Shown in pieces: positions 58,757 through 64,000 of a stretch of DNA of 64,000 nt; positions within the stretch are counted from its first letter, which is position 1, and each line of letters begins with the position of its first letter. Source of the stretch: Octopus vulgaris (lineage: Eukaryota); the NCBI GenBank assembly GCA_951406725.2, contig OX597829.1, positions 25,358,001 to 25,422,000 on the forward strand. Direction: 5' to 3'. The translations under genes were made by a program, and so were the position numbers. The notes below the pieces were generated by a model that did no database searches, had not been told where the DNA came from, and saw nothing but the letters and a program-made list of their open reading frames with translations.

Positions 58757-61700
58757 AATATATATAATATACTGTTCTATGATAAAAAATTCAACAAAAA
58801 AAGTACTTCATCTGGTGAGAAATAAATATTATTTATTTAAAGGACACAATACATGTCTTTAAGAGCTACTAATAGTTTCATATGTTGAGAAATATCTCAA
58901 ACATTTTAATCAGGCACAAACCATATATCCTAATGAGCTAAAAGGAATTGAATAAGAGAAGAAACATGAAAGAAATGAGAAAGAAGCATATAGAAAATGC
59001 ACATATGAATCTATGTTGATTCACTAAGAAGTGATAAATTACAGAACTCAGTATATAACTACATAATACACAAATGTAGGTCAGCTGTGGGGGCATGCAT
59101 GATTGCAGTGCATCACTGTATTCACCATTTGTCAGTATATTCCCAGGTTCTCCTGAGCAACCCATCAGGTGAAGTCTCATTCAGTCTCCAGTTTTGTGAG
59201 ATACTGCTATGACTATGTGGCATGAGGTCAACCAGCACAAGCTATCAACCCAGTCAGATCCTCAGTGAAGAGAACATAGTAAGCAGAAAATCAAGCAACA
59301 TGGACAAACAGTCTGAGCAAGTACTCCTGAATCATACAAATAACAGGACACATCCCAGTTTTTGAGTAATGGTAACCCATAATCCTTCACAGGATTATGG
59401 GTTACCAGGATTATAAATGTAGAGTATTCTTCAGAGGTTTAAGACATTTGAAATATTCCACAACAGCCAGAAATGAAATAAAAAATGTAAGCTTGAAATA
59501 GCTATTTTTGCATGAGCAACACATGATTTTCTTGAAAAAAAAAATGAAGATAAGCATTTTTTTCATAACAAAACAGTAATTAGCATACTCACATCTGAAT
59601 CTGCTGGAGTGTATGTGTGTGTGTGTGTGTATTCATAAATTAAAGGTTAAACTAATTTATTGGTACATACAATCTGTCCCCTGACATACTTCAACAATCC
59701 CTTACCCCATCCATGCTCAATACCCACTGCATTTTCTTCAACTTTCTCTCACCTACCAACCTACCTGTACACAATATATCTCTGTTGGATCTCTTCCTTA
59801 TAACATATCCTCCTAATACCTCTATCCCACTACCTGTGTCCACTCAACATTGTCAATCACTTCCCACCCTGAGGCAGTTGTATCTCCCCTCAAATGCAAG
59901 ACTTTTTTTGTCCCTCAATACTACTCATCCCCTCAGTTGAGGAGTCTTGTCTTGCAAGTTAGGTAAGTGACCTCACTGCTATTGGTGCCATGTAAAAAGT
60001 ACACAGTACACTCTGTAAAGTGTTTTGCATTAACATGTATGATCATCATTACACAATTGCATATTCACAAACTAATGCAAATAAAAGAAAGCTAGCTCAT
60101 CAGATCACCAGATCATCATAGTTACATCAACAGGTCAACTCTAACTATACATAGGAAAAATTCACTCTTTATATATATATAAAGTATGGAAGCCCAGAAC
60201 TGGACAATGTTTACATTGATTTGATTAGCATTCTAGTTGTGTGTGTGTTTATACACACACATACACAAAGGTGTGAAAGTGTATACATGTTTGTGTGTAT
60301 GTAAATTGTTTACTCCAGCTGATAAGCATATTGAAGGGTGACTCATGTATGAGTAAAATTCTTGAAAGCTCAATTGCTTTCTGCTGTTTTGTTTATTGTT
60401 TGTTGAACACAATTTCTTGGTATTGCTGTGACCTCTCTGTCTATGCATTCATCCATGAATTCTGGAGAAGCTTCCATTTGTGAACTGCTTTTTTCCCCCA
60501 CTACTTACCTATCTGTTTAATTACTTTGGTATAAAAAAAAAATTCTTGTATATCATCAACTTATATTTTTATATATTTTCTTGTTTTATTTTTACTTTAT
60601 CTCTATTTTTTCTTTCTCCTTGTTATCTATTCTAAATTGAAGATGGTTAATTCTTTATTTTCTATCGAGCACTTCTACTTATTTCATATGAGGATGTTTA
60701 CATGAGAAGAAAATTTTTTATATTAATAGCAACACAATATATCTTGACTAGAATGCTTACTATAATTTCTTGCATACTGAAATTAGTTCTACATGAAGGA
60801 AGTTATAAAATGGTTGTAATCCTATGGAAATCACTTGGTTAATTAAATATGTATTCAACACTTAGTTAAATAATTTTTATGTGCCACCGGCACAGGGACC
60901 AGAGGAGGCTGGCAACAGCCACAATTGGTTGGTGCTTTTTACTTGCCACCAGCACAAATGCCAGTCAAGGCGGTGCTGGCATCATCCACTTTCGGATGGT
61001 GCTTTTTATGTGCCACCAGCATGGGTATCACAACTACAATGGAAATCGTAGTTGTGAGTAAATAAGCAAAACACTTGACAAAGAAATCTAAATGTTAATA
61101 GGTTAAACAATATCAATTCAATAAATTCAGTAGGCACAGGCATGGTTATGTGGTAAGAAACTTGCTTCTCAACCACATGGTTCTGGGTTCAGTCCCACTG
61201 CATGGCAACTAGGGTCGATCAAAGCCTTATGAGTGGATCTGGTAGGCAGAAACTGAAAGAAGCCTGCTGGATATGGATATATATATATATATATATATAT
61301 ATCCATACGTACGTAAGTATGTATGTATATTTATCTGTGTGTCTGTCTCCACCATCACTTGACAACCAACATCAGTGTGTGTATGTCCCCATGTTCAGAA
61401 AAAGAAACTGATAGAATAAGTACTAGGCTTACAAAGTCCTGGAGTTGATTTCTTTGACTAAAACCCTTTAAGGCAGTGCTCCAGCATGGTCAGTCAAATG
61501 ACTGAAACACGTAAAAGAACAAAAGAATATGTTACTCAATATGAATGGGAGTGAATGGGAAAAATTGTTAGCATGCCAGGCAAAATGCTTAGTGGCATTT
61601 CATCTATCTTTATGTTCTTAGTTTAAATTCTACCAAGGTTGATTTGCCTTTCCTCCTTTTGGGAGTTGATAAAATAAGTACCAGTTGAACACTGCAATTT

Positions 61701-61769
61701 ATGCAATCGACTTACACCCACCAACAAAAAAGAAATGCCGGCCTTGATCCATATTTTGAAACCAATATA

Positions 61770-62287
61770 CGGGGTTATTCAAAAAGAATGAACTGATTTC
61801 ATTACGCAATATTTTAATAAGGAAAAGCAATAGAAACCACCAGCTAAGCCACAAGTATTTACTCACAATCAACTTTTATTTCCTGTCTTACAAGTGTTCA
61901 ATGTGGCCACCACCCGCAGTATGGGCAACATCAATGTGATAAGAGAGTCCCTCCCAGACATGCAACAGCATATCACAATCTTCTGAGTTGATCATGGTAG
62001 TTATTCAATGTTTAAGGTGTGGCAGTCATTCAAAACTTAGAAAACTCCACCGCTACCAACTAACTTCCACTCAGTGGATTGTGATATGCTGATACACATC
62101 TGGGAGGAATTCTCATATCGCACTGATATTGCCTATACTGCAGGTGGTGGCCACACTGAACACTTGTAAGACAGGAAATAAAAGTTGATTGTGAGTAAAT
62201 ACTTGTAACTTAGCTGGAGTTTTCTATTGCTTCTCCTTATTAAAATATTGCATAATGAAATCAGTTCATTCTTTTTGAATAACCCTG
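61770..62287. mobile_element. Foldback element made of two inverted right ends of a Tc1/mariner transposon
   Basis: ~220-bp inverted arms. Right arm encodes SVDCDMLIHIWEEFSYRTDIAYTAGGGHTEHL* (62071-62169), a mariner-type transposase C-terminus. TA/CA flanks. Confidence 0.82.
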
Positions 62288-63247
62288 CACATTACTCAAT
62301 ATATATTGGTAGAGTTGTACAATATCAACCTCACATGCTTAAGTTTCTGGGGTTTTTTTGGAAGAAAATTTCTTTACTAACATTTAAGCATTTCATTTTT
62401 ATTGTTTTTAATTTTCAGCCAGTCTGGTTATAGTGGAAACATGTTGCAGTGAGGAGGAGACATCCACTATCATTTTTAGTTACACTAATAGCATAGTATA
62501 TCATCATCATTATTTTAATGCCTATTTTTTCTGTGCTTGCATGGGTCAAATGAAAAAGTAGAGACGAGGAGCACAGGGTATAAAAGAAGCAGATAAGGCA
62601 GATCTTCTTTAGTTCTTGTTGTTGTATCTCTATTAGTTCCTATTTCATTATGCTGTCTTACTAACTCTTAGGATATCTCATTTGGCTTGTTCACATTAAC
62701 CCCCACCACATCACTTCTTCCTTTTCAATAACATTCATAAATTGTCTCCCTTGCATGAATGACAGTTTTTAAAATACTTAAACGTCTCTGGGAAGAGCCC
62801 AATCAGGATGAGAGTTCCAGAGAGTTGCAATTCCATTAAAGAAAGTATTGAGTGGAGTCTAAAGATGAGATAACATAAGGATGATGAGACAAGGAAAATG
62901 AAGTATGTTAGATGGGTATAAGTGAAGTTTCTAACTGAGAGATGTGGGAATCGTAGAAACATGTTTTTAAAATAAGCAACATTTTTGAATTTCCATGATT
63001 TCAAGGTCTGGAAATGAATTAGAATTTATTTTAGGCAAAAAGAGCTTTGACATTAGTCAAAACCAATCACAAATTACAATTTTCTGCTAAAAATGTAGTA
63101 CCCACAAAATAGAAAAAAAAAAGGTTTAAGTTTATTAAATGTATCTAGAATTTAAGAATAAAAACAACAATTTCCTAACCCATGAGAGGTTGTATTGACA
63201 CAAAAACCATGCGAACAATATCATTATAAATTCATATAATTTAGGTC

Positions 63248-63925
63248 ATTCTCAGAATGACATCAAGAGTTATTTCTCCTGCTTATCGTTTATGCATATA
63301 TCACAAAGAATTTCGATTCACCTGTCCACCAGTTTTGAAGATAATCAAGCCAAAATTTAATGAGTTTGAGACACTCACCCAATGAGTATTTGTGCCATAC
63401 TGAAGACTAACTTGTCATGTTTTAAAAACAAAATAAAATCAGTCTTCATTACTCTGAAGGCCTAGGGAAACAAATTTTGAGAATTCACCCAAATGTAAAC
63501 TCAAACTGAGGCAAAAGTGTAAGTCACAGCTAGTAAAATATCTTAGGAAGTAAAAACAGATATAAATGAAGAAAAAGTATTGAAGGGGTGATGCATACCC
63601 TGCATGCACACAAGAATAAAATAACATTTAATCTAATAAATATATTCTCAGATGAATTCTCAGAATGACATCAAGAGTTATTTCTCCTGCTTATCGTTTA
63701 TGCATATGTCACAAAGAATAAAAAAACAAAAACATTTTGATTCACCTGTCCACCAGTTTTGAAGATAATCAAACCAAAATTTAATGAGTTTGAGACACTC
63801 ACGCAATAAGTATTTCTGCCATAACTAATGAAAACTCGTTCAGCCGGTTTCCAGTAATTTTGCAAACACACAGACAAGGATAAGCGATTATAATACCCTG
63901 CTTTCACTTACATGTGCAGGGTAAA
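63248..63925. mobile_element. Probable Helitron/Helentron-derived element with ~150-bp direct repeats and 3' hairpin
   Basis: 63248-63399 repeats at 63656-63822; ends acacacagacaagg...taataccctgc-tttcacttacatgt-gcagggtaaa. Confidence 0.5.
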
Positions 63926-64000
63926 GATGTAAAGCAGTATATATATATTTAAATCTGTGAGTATGGTAGTTATAACATAGTCATGCTACCTTAAAGAAAT

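Noticed and set aside
49428-64000. Upstream EXOC8 exons or a nested gene
   Set aside because: By eye I found no match to the Exo84 N-terminus (e.g. NY..FI.TA.EI..LE, LLEKVEG) and no other coherent exon chain. Small exons could have been missed.

Overview
AT-rich, repeat-dense animal genomic DNA. The SINE, microsatellite and LINE repertoire suggests a cephalopod, probably Octopus (inference). I assembled one protein-coding gene by hand: 12 minus-strand exons (49427 down to the stop at 4111) that splice in frame with GT-AG introns into 556 aa of exocyst subunit EXOC8/Exo84, covering the PH domain and helical C-terminus. Its N-terminal exons were not found and are probably right of the window. 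The introns hold tRNA-derived SINEs, decayed non-LTR fragments (CRE, R4/Dong, RTE, Tx1/L1, CR1/L2, Penelope), Tc1/mariner relics, piggyBac- and MULE/hAT-type MITEs, and micro/minisatellites. The most notable unexplained structure is a set of hammerhead-ribozyme (HHR) motifs, mostly in inverted-repeat elements. Two copies of a ~500-bp palindromic element join back-to-back tRNA-like Pol III promoters to a minimal Penelope-type HHR, with a one-sided tail; one copy has an exact 13-bp TSD. Separately, an intact-core HHR with a long stem II sits in an AT-rich inverted-repeat element just downstream of EXOC8, and two further degenerate or variant HHRs occur. Most ORFs in the supplied track are microsatellite or repeat artefacts. 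All family assignments come from motif recognition, not database searches.
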